A stretch of 64,000 nucleotides of DNA from Victivallis vadensis (GTDB taxonomy: Bacteria; Verrucomicrobiota; Lentisphaeria; Victivallales; Victivallaceae). The notes below the pieces were generated by a model that searched no databases, was not told the DNA's origin, and saw only the letters and a program-made list of their open reading frames with translations. The translations under genes were made by a program, and so were the position numbers. Each line of letters starts with the position of its first letter. Positions within the stretch are counted from its first letter, which is position 1. Positions 28,869 to 38,962 of this stretch are shown piece after piece. Location: positions 15,400-79,399 of the forward strand of contig JBEBTY010000012.1 of the NCBI GenBank assembly GCA_040393525.1, in the 5' to 3' direction.

Positions 28869-30818
28869 TTACTTTTTCAGCCGTAGCCAAAGGTAACTGC
28901 GCTGATCCGGAAGCGTGCAGCGAATCTGACCGCTGACGACTTCCGAGGAACCGTTGCCTGTAAGAATTTCGATGTCGTATTCTTCGCAAGAGATGGGCAG
29001 CGAGTAGGTGTGGCTTGCGTCCGTATCAAGGTCGCGAAGCAGAAGCAGGTGGCAGACAGAACGGTCGTCGGACATGGTGAGAAATCCGGATGTCGTCGTT
29101 CCATCCGGGCAATCGCCGATCGGGAGGCAATCGCCGCCGTGTAGTTCCTCGCGATACTGCTTCCAGAGCGGAAGAATCCGCTTCAGTTCTTCCCGGCAGT
29201 GAGGGCTCAAAGAGCTGAGTTCACACCAGAGCAATGGCGAAGAAACCATAATGGAGGCAAAGATCCAATCCATCGGGTAGTGAACCGGTGCGAGCGGGTC
29301 GTTGCCGTATTTTTCCTGGTTTCGTTCCGGATTCAGGCACTCCATGCGGAGGTGCAACGGGGGAATCACCCACGCCAGGTTCCAGAGATTGGCGAAGGTG
29401 GCGAAGGGCCAGTAACGACGGAAGTCGGAGTAGCGGTTTTCGACAAAGATTGCGCCGAATTCCGGCATCCCGAAGTAGCCGGGGCGGATCTCCGCCGTGA
29501 CGTCGAAGTCGAAGGTGATTTCACCGTTGCTCTCCTCGAAGCAGGTGTTGAAGAACGCGTTCAGGTTCCGTTCTCCCGCGACCGTACGGGTTTTTACCCC
29601 GTCGACTTTGATCCATTTGACGCCGTATTCGCGATAAAGTTTCATCACATTGTCCACATCGCGCCGCCAGTGGGCGAAGTCGTCAGCGGAATCCGGCGAG
29701 AACCAGAGCCCGAGCCCGACATTGCGCTCTTTGGTCAGGCGGAGCAGGGGGGCGAAGCCGTTGGGAAAGCGGGTTTCGTGAACCCGCCAGAACTCTCCGG
29801 CGGCTCCGTAATACCCTTCCCACAATCCGCCGTCCGCTTGTTGTGCGGCGACGGAGTTCTTGGTGACGCCGCCCTGCCAGCCATCATCAATTTGGCAGGC
29901 GTCGATCCCGATTTCGGCGGCGGCGGCGATTTCGCCAAGCAGGAACGTTTCATTCAGCGCGCGATCCTGACTGCGGTCACCCCAGGTGTTGCTGAGGGCG
30001 ATGCCGTCGCGTCCGGGGACGTATTGCCGAAGCTGTCTCTGATAATGCTGAAGAGCTGAGGATATCCCATTTTTTCCGCCGGAGAATCCGATGACAGCAT
30101 AGGGGTAACGGCTGGCGGGGAACTGTACCCGCTCCCGATCCCAGGAGAAATCGACCGCCTCCGGTACCGGGCGCGAATCCGGCAACGGCGCGAGTTTCAG
30201 AAACACCAGCCCCGATTTGCTCAACGGGTCCTCCAACGCAAAAATCACGCCGCGTTTGCTGACTTTTTCCACAATATTGAGGCGGTATTCCATGACGTGC
30301 AATAGATTGTCGAATCCGTCCGTCTGGTCGATCAATTGAAATTCAATCAACCGCAAATGCGGGTGTGCGGGTACGAAGCATTCAAAGTCCACCTGCAGTT
30401 CCCGTTCCGTTGCCAGCAAATCGACTTCGCTACCGGTAGGAGCCTCGAAATCATCTGCTGATTCGCATGTTACGCCTTTCGATGATTCTCGAAAAATCGT
30501 GATTGCCGGGAGATCCGGCGTCACGGCAAAGCGATAATTTTCTCCGGCGGCGGAGAGTTCGGCATGAAGCGCCGTCACCCCCGGCACGCGCAACGGTGCG
30601 ACATGGCTTTTCCACGTCGCTTCCGGCACGTTTCCGGAAGGGAGCCGGGGTGATTGGATAAACTCCATTCCGTTCCACTGAAAGGAGATTGCGACAAGTC
30701 CCCTGGGCGTCAATTTCCATTTTCGAGTGATGCGGGTGTTGCCGATCGTAACAATGCCTTGCTCAAACGATGCGAAGCAACCTGGCAAGGAGGCGTTTTT
30801 TTGCATATTATTCCTCAA
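28869..30818 (-). CDS. GH36-like alpha-galactosidase
   Basis: SNTWGDR, QIDDGWQ, GLGLWFSP, WIKVDG. Confidence 0.75.
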   Translation of the reverse strand: MRNNMQKNASLPGCFASFEQGIVTIGNTRITRKWKLTPRGLVAISFQWNGMEFIQSPRLPSGNVPEATWKSHVAPLRVPGVTALHAELSAAGENYRFAVTPDLPAITIFRESSKGVTCESADDFEAPTGSEVDLLATERELQVDFECFVPAHPHLRLIEFQLIDQTDGFDNLLHVMEYRLNIVEKVSKRGVIFALEDPLSKSGLVFLKLAPLPDSRPVPEAVDFSWDRERVQFPASRYPYAVIGFSGGKNGISSALQHYQRQLRQYVPGRDGIALSNTWGDRSQDRALNETFLLGEIAAAAEIGIDACQIDDGWQGGVTKNSVAAQQADGGLWEGYYGAAGEFWRVHETRFPNGFAPLLRLTKERNVGLGLWFSPDSADDFAHWRRDVDNVMKLYREYGVKWIKVDGVKTRTVAGERNLNAFFNTCFEESNGEITFDFDVTAEIRPGYFGMPEFGAIFVENRYSDFRRYWPFATFANLWNLAWVIPPLHLRMECLNPERNQEKYGNDPLAPVHYPMDWIFASIMVSSPLLWCELSSLSPHCREELKRILPLWKQYREELHGGDCLPIGDCPDGTTTSGFLTMSDDRSVCHLLLLRDLDTDASHTYSLPISCEEYDIEILTGNGSSEVVSGQIRCTLPDQRSYLWLRLKK

Positions 30819-32079
30819 ACTTTCTCATATCGGCGGCGAATAGTTTTCGCTTGCCGTGGATCATACCGTTAAAAAACAGCAGTTGGTAATCGTTGCTCCA
30901 GGCCGGGTGAGGGTCGAGCCGGTAATCGGCGTCGATGCTCAGAGCCGGAGTGTAAATTTCAAGATACGTCAGCGCTCGTTCACTTTTGTCGGAGAGATCG
31001 AAAAATCGCAACGGGACAGAGCGGTCTGGACGTGTAAATTGTTCCGGGATATAGCAATCCGTAACCACGTAACGCCCATTCCGGTGAAGGGTCGGGTGGC
31101 CGCTGCCGACATACTCCCCCACCGGGGCGAGGTCGGAGCCGTCGAGTTGACACTTGCAGAAACGCATTCCTTGTTGGAAGATGTTCAGATTCATCGTCAA
31201 ATGACGCGAATCCGGCGTCCAGGTAGTGTGATGTCCACCCTTTGCCCATTGCTCTGCCGGCACTGTGTTGTAAAGCTCCGTCTTATCCGTTTTCATGGTG
31301 AAGATGTCGAACTTTAGCCGCATCTCGTAACGCATCGCATTAAACATCGAACCGTGATATGGGAAGTAGCGGAGAGAGAACATGATACGTGTTCCGTCCG
31401 GGCTCCATTTGGAGTGGAAACCGTAGACTTCGCTCTTCTCGTATTCTTTCCGGCGCTCCGTCGGGATCGCCCGCTCCACAACTTCTCTGGTGGAGATCAA
31501 CAGTTTACGCTCTCCCGACGCAATGTCGGTGACAAAGATTCCGTCGTGGTCGACCGGTCCGCGGTTGATCGGAACCAGATGATCCGGAATCACCACGCCA
31601 TAGCCGTTTTGCATTCGCCGGGTTGTGACGAGGTTTGACGAAACGGCGCTCCGGCCGTCCGGTGAAACATGGTAGACGGTGCCGTCGAGCTTGCGGCTCG
31701 TGCCGGTAATCGGATTAAAAACAACCGCATACGCACTCCAGTCGGAGGTATCCACGTCGTTGAAAATCAGCTCTTCATCCGAGCGACCCCAGTTCAGGTT
31801 GGCGCCGAGTTGAAGCTCCCAGCCGCGGGTTTCCGCAACCTCTTTCGTACAGCCGGTTTCGGTGTCGATCAACAGTACGGTTGCCGGTTCTCCGGGAAGG
31901 GGGGCGCGGTCGGTCACCGGAATTCGCAACGCCGCAACATATCGCCCTGAAGGGCTTAACGGCGAAGTATCGAAGAAACGATGGATGACTTCGCCGGGAT
32001 CATCCGGCGTCAGGCACCAGACCGGCACTTCCGTCGGGTAAAGCTCATAACGGGGGAAGCTGCGGTTAAAGCGTTCCAT
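30808..32079 (-). CDS. Beta-propeller protein (TolB / oligogalacturonate-lyase-like)
   Basis: HRFFDTSPLSPSGRY, QLGANLNWG, HSKWSPDG, GHHTTW, GHPT, DPHPAWS repeats. Confidence 0.6.
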   Translation of the reverse strand: MERFNRSFPRYELYPTEVPVWCLTPDDPGEVIHRFFDTSPLSPSGRYVAALRIPVTDRAPLPGEPATVLLIDTETGCTKEVAETRGWELQLGANLNWGRSDEELIFNDVDTSDWSAYAVVFNPITGTSRKLDGTVYHVSPDGRSAVSSNLVTTRRMQNGYGVVIPDHLVPINRGPVDHDGIFVTDIASGERKLLISTREVVERAIPTERRKEYEKSEVYGFHSKWSPDGTRIMFSLRYFPYHGSMFNAMRYEMRLKFDIFTMKTDKTELYNTVPAEQWAKGGHHTTWTPDSRHLTMNLNIFQQGMRFCKCQLDGSDLAPVGEYVGSGHPTLHRNGRYVVTDCYIPEQFTRPDRSVPLRFFDLSDKSERALTYLEIYTPALSIDADYRLDPHPAWSNDYQLLFFNGMIHGKRKLFAADMRKFEE

Positions 32080-33361
32080 TGTCCTGCCTCATGTGTTTGA
32101 CGTGATCGAGCAGAAATTCGTCAAATGCCTTGCGGGTGGCGGGGGATTCCCGGTGGGGAAACTCAATGTCGTTCTGGCAAAACTTGTTTTTGCTTCGCAA
32201 GTTGTTGAATGCCGCGTAAATAGAGCCTGCCGGGCAGGTTCCGTCGATAAAACCGACGCTGTAAAAACAATCGACCTCCGGGCGGACGCGCGCGGCGAAG
32301 TTCGCTGTGTCGAGATACGGCATCGATCGTTCCGCATTGGCGCTCTGGAAGCGTTTCGGTTGCGGCCACCCTGCTTCGTCGCTTGCCAGATTCGACATGG
32401 CCGGAACCGTGGCTGCAAGGCAGGTGACATCCGGATTCAGCGCGGCGCCGACCGTGGCGAGCCAGCCGCCTTGGCTGCCGCCGGAGGAAATCAGAATTTT
32501 GCCGTCCCACGCGGGCAGGGTTCGGCCGTATTCAAAGGTGCGCAACAGTCGTTGTACGATGCCGCGGAAGTAAACTTTTTCCGGGTTGTCCCAATCGCGT
32601 TTTCCGTAATCGCGCAACTCTCCTTCGCGGAGTTCGTTATAGAACGAGTCCGGCATTCCGGAGGGAAGGCCGTGCGCGTTGAACGCGATAATCAGCATAC
32701 CGTCGCCCATCAGCGCCCATTCCGGAGTGGGGCGGGTGGAGCCGACTCCGGCGCCCGGGAAGTTGATTCGCAACGGCAGGGATTTCGGCTGCGCGTTCTT
32801 CGGCATGGTGACGACGGCTCGAACCGGACGGCCGCCGGGGCAGGCCATCTCGACTTCAAATGCCTCCACTTGATCGGCAAATCGTGCGTCCACCGGGAGT
32901 GGGCGGGTGATTGGATTTGCGGGAACTTGAGCCAGTTCTGCTTTAGCGGTCGCCCAGAATTCATCAAAATCCTTCGGGTCAGGGGTTTCTGACTTTACCT
33001 GTTCCAGCGCGATCCCGGCACCTCCCCAGGCCGAGCCTTTTTTCCCATCCGCCATAAGATAGTCGACGATGCAGAAGATCATGCCCGGGCGCTCCGCTTT
33101 GGCGGTGATGGTGGCGGAGCCACCCTCGATTTTCCCGGAACCGGTCACGGGATTCGCGCCGTTCCCGGCCAGCCGGAAAGAATACTCCGCAGCTCCCGCT
33201 GGCAAATTGAGCCGGAAACGAACTTCTTCTCCGACCTGATAACGCGCATTTGTCCGTTCCGCGCGAACCGGAGGCGACGCGGTCATTTCCGCAGCGGCCG
33301 CGCTCAACAAAAGGCTCCCCAGGCATAGCAGCAGTACAAATATCCGGTGGTGAAGTTTCAT
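32066..33361 (-). CDS. Acetylxylan esterase / cephalosporin-C deacetylase (CE7-like), secreted
   Basis: FPGAGV, GGSQGG nucleophile elbow, GFIDGTCP, FPH; signal peptide. Confidence 0.85.
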   Translation of the reverse strand: MKLHHRIFVLLLCLGSLLLSAAAAEMTASPPVRAERTNARYQVGEEVRFRLNLPAGAAEYSFRLAGNGANPVTGSGKIEGGSATITAKAERPGMIFCIVDYLMADGKKGSAWGGAGIALEQVKSETPDPKDFDEFWATAKAELAQVPANPITRPLPVDARFADQVEAFEVEMACPGGRPVRAVVTMPKNAQPKSLPLRINFPGAGVGSTRPTPEWALMGDGMLIIAFNAHGLPSGMPDSFYNELREGELRDYGKRDWDNPEKVYFRGIVQRLLRTFEYGRTLPAWDGKILISSGGSQGGWLATVGAALNPDVTCLAATVPAMSNLASDEAGWPQPKRFQSANAERSMPYLDTANFAARVRPEVDCFYSVGFIDGTCPAGSIYAAFNNLRSKNKFCQNDIEFPHRESPATRKAFDEFLLDHVKHMRQDNGTL

Positions 33362-33372
33362 GTCGATCTCCT

Positions 33373-34470
33373 TTATTTGTTTGGGATGAGTGCTTGCCTG
33401 TGACTGGATATTGGGGCCGGGGCGGTGGATTCACGCAGAATCAACCGATTTTCAATCATGTGCCTGCCGGGAGATTGCGGTTTTCCCGCCAACTGGCTCA
33501 ACAAAATATCCAGTGCCCGTTCGATCCGGGTTTGGAGTTCGTTCGACAAGGTGGTCAGTGGCGGTGAAAAATGTCGCCCCAGTCCAAGGTTGTCGCCGCC
33601 AACTACACTGAAGTCATGCGGAATGCGGTAGCCCGCTTCGTTGATGGCGCGATAGACGCCGAGCGCGGGGTCTTCGCTGAATACGATAATGCCGGTGTAA
33701 TCCACCGGATGAGCCAGCTCCCGTTTCATCGCTTCATAGGTGGCGTCGACGGAATTATCTCCATGGGTGATGTTTGCGTTGACGATCGTCAGTTGCAATC
33801 CATGCTCTCGGCAGAAGTCCGAAACACCCTTTTTTCGTTGCTCCATCTGGACATGATACGGTTCGGAGATCAGAAAGGCGATGCTGCGATGCCCCAGCTC
33901 CATCAGGTGCCGTGCCGCGATCCGCCCGGAATGTTGATCGTCGCGAAGCACCTGATGAATCCGGCGGTCGTTTGCCGGAACATCCAGCAGGACGAACGGC
34001 AATTGAAAGCGATTCAGCGTTTCGGTATGCTCCTTCTCCATAAAGAGCACCGAGGTGGCCACCAGCAACGCATCGACTTTAAAGGCGGGGCGTTCGGTCA
34101 GGATTCCCTTGCGCCAACTGTACGAGAGCATGAGGGGGCGAAAGCGGTGGCGCTCCGCCGCCTGCTGAAACAGTTGAATCTCGTGATTATTCAAATTCGA
34201 CTGAAAATCGGAAACAGTCAGCCCGATCACCGGCAATGCGCCCGGCCGGTAGAGCATCGCCTGTTCGGTCACGATATGGCGGCGGCGGTCGTTGCGGATC
34301 AGTAATTTTTCTTTGAACAGCTGCTCCAGCGCTTGGGTCGCCGTCTGCTGGCTGACACCGTGTTCCGTCATGATGTTGCGGACGGAGAAGAACGGCGTTC
34401 CCGGCGTCATCGCAATCAGTTGTTCCTTCAGTGCTTCATACAGCTCTTCGTGCCGCGTGCGGCGTTCCAT
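33373..34470 (-). CDS. GntR-HTH / LacI-type regulator
   Basis: FSVRNIMTEHGVSQQTATQAL; GYRIPHDFSVVGGDN, PPLTT. Confidence 0.85.
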   Translation of the reverse strand: MERRTRHEELYEALKEQLIAMTPGTPFFSVRNIMTEHGVSQQTATQALEQLFKEKLLIRNDRRRHIVTEQAMLYRPGALPVIGLTVSDFQSNLNNHEIQLFQQAAERHRFRPLMLSYSWRKGILTERPAFKVDALLVATSVLFMEKEHTETLNRFQLPFVLLDVPANDRRIHQVLRDDQHSGRIAARHLMELGHRSIAFLISEPYHVQMEQRKKGVSDFCREHGLQLTIVNANITHGDNSVDATYEAMKRELAHPVDYTGIIVFSEDPALGVYRAINEAGYRIPHDFSVVGGDNLGLGRHFSPPLTTLSNELQTRIERALDILLSQLAGKPQSPGRHMIENRLILRESTAPAPISSHRQALIPNK

Positions 34471-34510
34471 GCCCGACCTCTTTGAGGGATTGCAATTGAA
34501 TGGCTTCGGG

Positions 34511-34626
34511 TACAGTATACTGTATCCTTACAGATTTGTCAACTGAAATCGCTTTGATGATCGAGTTTTTTCTTGTTTTTTACTTGTAGCATGGAATTTT
34601 AATTGAAAAAACTGTATGGATACAGT
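34511..34626. promoter_or_regulatory. Two palindromes built from the same TACAGT/ACTGTA half-site
   Basis: TACAGTATACTGTA (34511-34524) and ACTGTAT-GG-ATACAGT (34611-34626) in a divergent promoter region. Confidence 0.6.
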
Positions 34627-34677
34627 ACATTAACCGATGAATGTTTTTTTCTTGTTCTTATTGTTTGAGGAATTGTT

Positions 34678-36882
34678 ATGATTATTACTGAACCAAATGG
34701 ACGCAACTTTCATTTGCTCACCGAACGGACGCTGTACTCCATCGCGATCCGCGAAGACGGAAAACCGTTACATGTTTATTGGGGGCCGCGTCCGGCCGGG
34801 AGTGTTGTGCCGCCCGCCTTCCGCGAACGGTTGCGGCTCGACTCCAATTTTGCCAGTCAGGACGATCAAACGGAACATGCTGAGCTGGTTACCTATGGCG
34901 ATGTGGCAGTTCACGGAGTTTCACTCAAGGCGAATGTGTGCTGCTCGGATGGCTTTGCATTGCGTGACTGCCGCCTGCGTTTCCGTGAAGCGCAGGTGAC
35001 GGAGGATTCCGAGCCGGGATATGTCCCGACACATGGACAGGATGTTCGGAATCCGATCCGGCGGGAGACACTGAAACTGATTCTGGAAGATGAACTTAGC
35101 GGGTTGGTTGTGGTTCTCTGCTACCGGGTCGTTGTGGAACAGGATTTGGTGGAACGTTATCTGGAGCTGACCAATTCCGGCGACGGCACGGTTTCGTTTG
35201 ATATTCTGAAGTTTGGAACCGTCTGTTTCCCTGCCGGATGTACCGAGCTGACTTCATTGACCGGGCGCTGCTCCCGTGAATTCGAGCAAGAGCGACAGGT
35301 TTTGCGCACGGGCGACACCATGATCGGCAGTCACGGACTGATTGTCGGGCATGACACCAATCCGGCTTTTTTATTGAACCGCCCGGGGCAGGCGTGGGAA
35401 GAAAGCGGAACCGTTTATTTCGGTGCGCTCGCCTGGAGTGGAAACAGCGAACTGCATTGGGAGCGTCTCGGCTCCGACGAAATTTTTCTTCATGCCGGTT
35501 ATCACCCCTTCGATTTCGAGTTGACCCTTGCGCCGGGCGAGAGCCATTGCACTCCCGCGCTGATTCTCGGATGCTGCACAGACGGCTGGGGCGGCGCGAG
35601 CCGTCGGATGCACCGCCTGTTGCGCGATGAGCGCCAGCCGGTGCAAAAGGATCGTTCCTTTTTGCGTCCGGTACTTTATAATGGGTGGGAAGCGGCCTAT
35701 TTCGATATCCGCGAAGACGATCAGATGCTTCTTGCGGAAAAGGCCGCGGCCATTGGCATTGAACTCTTCTGTCTTGACGACGGCTGGTTCGGCTCCCGCC
35801 GCCACGACCGTGCGGGATTGGGGGATTGGTTCCCCGCGCCGGAACTTTTTCCGAACGGGCTGAAGCCGCTTGCGGATCATGTTCACAAGCTTGGCATGCA
35901 GTTCGGGCTGTGGGTCGAGCCGGAAATGGTCAACCTTGACTCCGATCTTTATCGTGCTCATCCTGATTGGGTGCTTCATGTTCCTGGCCGCCCCCGGCGC
36001 GAGAGCCGTTCGCAGCTGATCCTCGATTTTGGTCGCGACGAGGTTTGTGACTATATCGCCAATGCGTTGGATCAATTGGTGCGGGAGAACGATGTCGACT
36101 TTTTCAAGTGGGACATGAATCGCCGCCCCTCCGAAACCGGTTCTGTCGCCGGGCGCGCCATCTGGCAGCGGCATTCGGAACGGCTTTATGAGATCATCGA
36201 CAAGCTCCGCGCGGATCATCCACACTTGACCTTGCAAAGCTGTGCCTCCGGGGGGGGGCGGATCGACGCCGGAATCCTCGGGCGAATCGAACAGACGTGG
36301 GTCAGCGACAACACCGACGCACTCGACCGGATTCGGATTCAGGAAGGATTCAGCCTTTTCTATCCCGCTCGGGCGATGGAGTGCTGGGTGAGTGAATACG
36401 ACAATCCCCAGACCGGGCGAAAGTGGCCGCTGTCGATGCGCTTCGATGTTGCGATGCGCGGCAATCTCGGAATCGCGTCCAACTTGAACAAGCTGTCGGG
36501 CGAGGAACTGGCGGAACATTCCCTCTATATCCGTTTTTACAAAACCATCCGTCCGGTCGTTCAACTCGGTGACCTCTACCGACTGTTCCGGGTGGAGGAG
36601 AATGGCGCGAGCGTGGTTGAGTACGCGCTTCCGGATCGTTCCGAGGCGGTGGTCAGCGTGGCGCGCGCATGGATGCCGCTTTCGCGTTATCTGCCTCCCT
36701 GTCCGTTACGCGGATTGGATGACGCCGCCGAGTACGCAATTTTCAATCACTGTGGCGACGAGATTGACCGCCGCTCCGGTTTTGAATTGGTCACGCGTGG
36801 GATGGAGTTGAACTCATTTTACGAATCCCCGTGGCACACCAAATCGATTTTCACCGCGACCTACCATTTGAGGAAAGTATAA
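34678..36882 (+). CDS. Alpha-galactosidase, GH36
   Basis: PVLYNGWEAAYFD, LFCLDDGWFG, FGLWVEPEMV, FFKWDMNR, SCASGGGRID, WVSDNTD. Confidence 0.93.
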   Translation: MIITEPNGRNFHLLTERTLYSIAIREDGKPLHVYWGPRPAGSVVPPAFRERLRLDSNFASQDDQTEHAELVTYGDVAVHGVSLKANVCCSDGFALRDCRLRFREAQVTEDSEPGYVPTHGQDVRNPIRRETLKLILEDELSGLVVVLCYRVVVEQDLVERYLELTNSGDGTVSFDILKFGTVCFPAGCTELTSLTGRCSREFEQERQVLRTGDTMIGSHGLIVGHDTNPAFLLNRPGQAWEESGTVYFGALAWSGNSELHWERLGSDEIFLHAGYHPFDFELTLAPGESHCTPALILGCCTDGWGGASRRMHRLLRDERQPVQKDRSFLRPVLYNGWEAAYFDIREDDQMLLAEKAAAIGIELFCLDDGWFGSRRHDRAGLGDWFPAPELFPNGLKPLADHVHKLGMQFGLWVEPEMVNLDSDLYRAHPDWVLHVPGRPRRESRSQLILDFGRDEVCDYIANALDQLVRENDVDFFKWDMNRRPSETGSVAGRAIWQRHSERLYEIIDKLRADHPHLTLQSCASGGGRIDAGILGRIEQTWVSDNTDALDRIRIQEGFSLFYPARAMECWVSEYDNPQTGRKWPLSMRFDVAMRGNLGIASNLNKLSGEELAEHSLYIRFYKTIRPVVQLGDLYRLFRVEENGASVVEYALPDRSEAVVSVARAWMPLSRYLPPCPLRGLDDAAEYAIFNHCGDEIDRRSGFELVTRGMELNSFYESPWHTKSIFTATYHLRKV

Positions 36883-36883
36883 G

Positions 36884-38632
36884 ATGACGAAATCCACGTT
36901 TTATGAGATGATCGATTTCGCAATTACCCCGTTTTCACGCGCCGGGGCATGGATGTCGATTTCGCGTTTGGACGAGCGGCACGGAATTAGCATTCCGGGG
37001 CTTTATCTGCGAACCAACCGCGAGCTCTTCAGTTATGCGCCGCTCTTTCGTGTGGAACTTCTTCGTGGAATAGAGAGTGTTTCGTTCTCGGAGCGAATGG
37101 TTTCGGGGGCGCTTCGATTGGAGGTTGCCTCCGGAGAATTTGCGGAATTCACCTTTGACGATACCGGGTGCATCCGCTTTTTTTCTGCGACGCTTGGCTG
37201 CCGGTTGACTACCGGTCATGCCGAGAGCGGGATCTGCCTCGCGACTCCGGCGGGAGCGGGGCTTTGGCGTTTCGCCTGGCGCGGGCATTGCCGTTGTGAA
37301 AACAGTTTCTTTCATCTGGCGGCGCTTTCGGGTAACACTTCGTTTCGGCAAGAGTGGTGCGGTCGCGCGTCGCGGAACAACGATTGGAGCATCCTCCCGG
37401 AAAACGGTCGTGCGGAGTTTCGGCTGGAGGAGTCGACTCAAGAGCCGGTGGCCCCGGTTCTCCCCGCCTCGTTTGAAGCGTGCCGTGATTCATTTGCCCG
37501 GGAATTCGATTCGTTTGTCGACCGTTTCCCGCAGGGGACACCTTTTGATCGGGCGAGATTTCATGCGCTTTATCTGAATTGGTCGGCGCAAGTCGCTCCC
37601 GCCGGTCTGCTGAAACGTCGGTGTATGTTGGTGTCGAAGAACAAAATGAGCGGCATGTGGGCGTGGGATCATTGCTTCAACGCGCTTGCCATGGCGTCTT
37701 CACAACCGGAATTGGCATGGGATCAGTTTATGGCGATGTTTGACGCGCAGAACGAACAAGGCGGAATCCCCGACTTGCTGACTCCGACTGCGGCGATGCA
37801 CGTTTATACCAAGCCACCGGTGCATGGATGGATTTTCTCGCTGATGAGGAAGCGAAACAAAGCATTTTTCCGTCGTCGCGAAATCTCTGAACAGGCCTAC
37901 AACGCACTTTCCGGCTGGACGCGGTATTGGATGAACTTCCGCGATTACGCACGAACCGGGTTGCCGTGTTACTGTCACGGCAATGACTCGGGTTGGGATA
38001 ATTCCACGCTCTTTTTGAATCCGGTTCCTCTGGCGTCACCGGAATTGATCGCTTATCTGGTGTTGCAGATGGAGTTGCTCGCCGATGTGGCGAATGATCT
38101 TGGCCGTGCCCATGACGCACAGGCGTGGCGTGCGGAATCCACAGCACTTCTGGAGCGGATGATTGACCGGATGTGGGATGGAGAAATGTTTTGCGCCGTC
38201 ACTCCGGCCGGAGAACGGCTGTCGCAATCCGGCGACACGCTGCTGGTTCATTTGCCGTTGTTGCTCGGCAAGCGATTGCCGCAGGCGATCCGTGCCAAGA
38301 TGCGGGATGGCATGTTGCGTCCGGGGCGTTTCCGAACCGAATTCGGTCTGGCGTCCGAGAGCGTCACATCGGAATTCTATGAATCCGCCGGATACTGGCG
38401 CGGCCCGATCTGGGCTCCGTCCAACTTTATCGCCATCGCCGGATTGTTGGCGTCGGGAGAGAAAGACACAGCGGTGTCACTGATCACCGATTTTTGCGCT
38501 CTTTGCGCACGTCATGGATTTTACGAGAATTTCGACGCGCTCACCGGTTGCGGGAATGACGAGATAACACTTTCCTGGAGCGTCAGCGTTTTTTTGATGC
38601 TTTCAGAAAATTACGATTTCCTGATGAAATAA
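36884..38632 (+). CDS. GH63 / MGH1-like (alpha/alpha)6 glycoside hydrolase
   Basis: WAWDHCFNA, PPVHGW, NDSGWDNS, YWRGPIW, FYENFDALTG. Confidence 0.8.
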   Translation: MTKSTFYEMIDFAITPFSRAGAWMSISRLDERHGISIPGLYLRTNRELFSYAPLFRVELLRGIESVSFSERMVSGALRLEVASGEFAEFTFDDTGCIRFFSATLGCRLTTGHAESGICLATPAGAGLWRFAWRGHCRCENSFFHLAALSGNTSFRQEWCGRASRNNDWSILPENGRAEFRLEESTQEPVAPVLPASFEACRDSFAREFDSFVDRFPQGTPFDRARFHALYLNWSAQVAPAGLLKRRCMLVSKNKMSGMWAWDHCFNALAMASSQPELAWDQFMAMFDAQNEQGGIPDLLTPTAAMHVYTKPPVHGWIFSLMRKRNKAFFRRREISEQAYNALSGWTRYWMNFRDYARTGLPCYCHGNDSGWDNSTLFLNPVPLASPELIAYLVLQMELLADVANDLGRAHDAQAWRAESTALLERMIDRMWDGEMFCAVTPAGERLSQSGDTLLVHLPLLLGKRLPQAIRAKMRDGMLRPGRFRTEFGLASESVTSEFYESAGYWRGPIWAPSNFIAIAGLLASGEKDTAVSLITDFCALCARHGFYENFDALTGCGNDEITLSWSVSVFLMLSENYDFLMK

Positions 38633-38654
38633 GTCATCGTCGTTTTTACAGGGT

Positions 38655-38702
38655 AAAAAAAACTCCCGCTGCTCAGTTTCTGGTGAGCGCGGGAGTTTTT
38701 TG
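38655..38702. terminator. Bidirectional terminator
   Basis: A8-CTCCCGC...GCGGGAG-T7. Confidence 0.8.
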
Positions 38703-38713
38703 CGTCGGGAGCA

Positions 38714-38962
38714 TTACACCATCGTAACGCCGTTCGCATCTTCGGTGATCTTGATGATGTCGATGATCGCCCAGATCCAGACGGCAAGCGGAACGATGGC
38801 GGTCCAGCAGAAGACCACGGTCAGCACGAGCTGGATGACGCCTGCTTTGGTGCGCCCGGCATAGAAGTTGTGAATGCCGAGCTGGCCGAGGAAAATTGCC
38901 AACAGGATATAGATCAGACGAGTTTTGGGTTGGGTTGCCGGGGTGGTGGTTTCTTCAGACAT
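38714..38962 (-). CDS. TM2-domain membrane protein
   Basis: KTRLIYILLAIFLGQLGIHNFYAG. Confidence 0.88.
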   Translation of the reverse strand: MSEETTTPATQPKTRLIYILLAIFLGQLGIHNFYAGRTKAGVIQLVLTVVFCWTAIVPLAVWIWAIIDIIKITEDANGVTMV

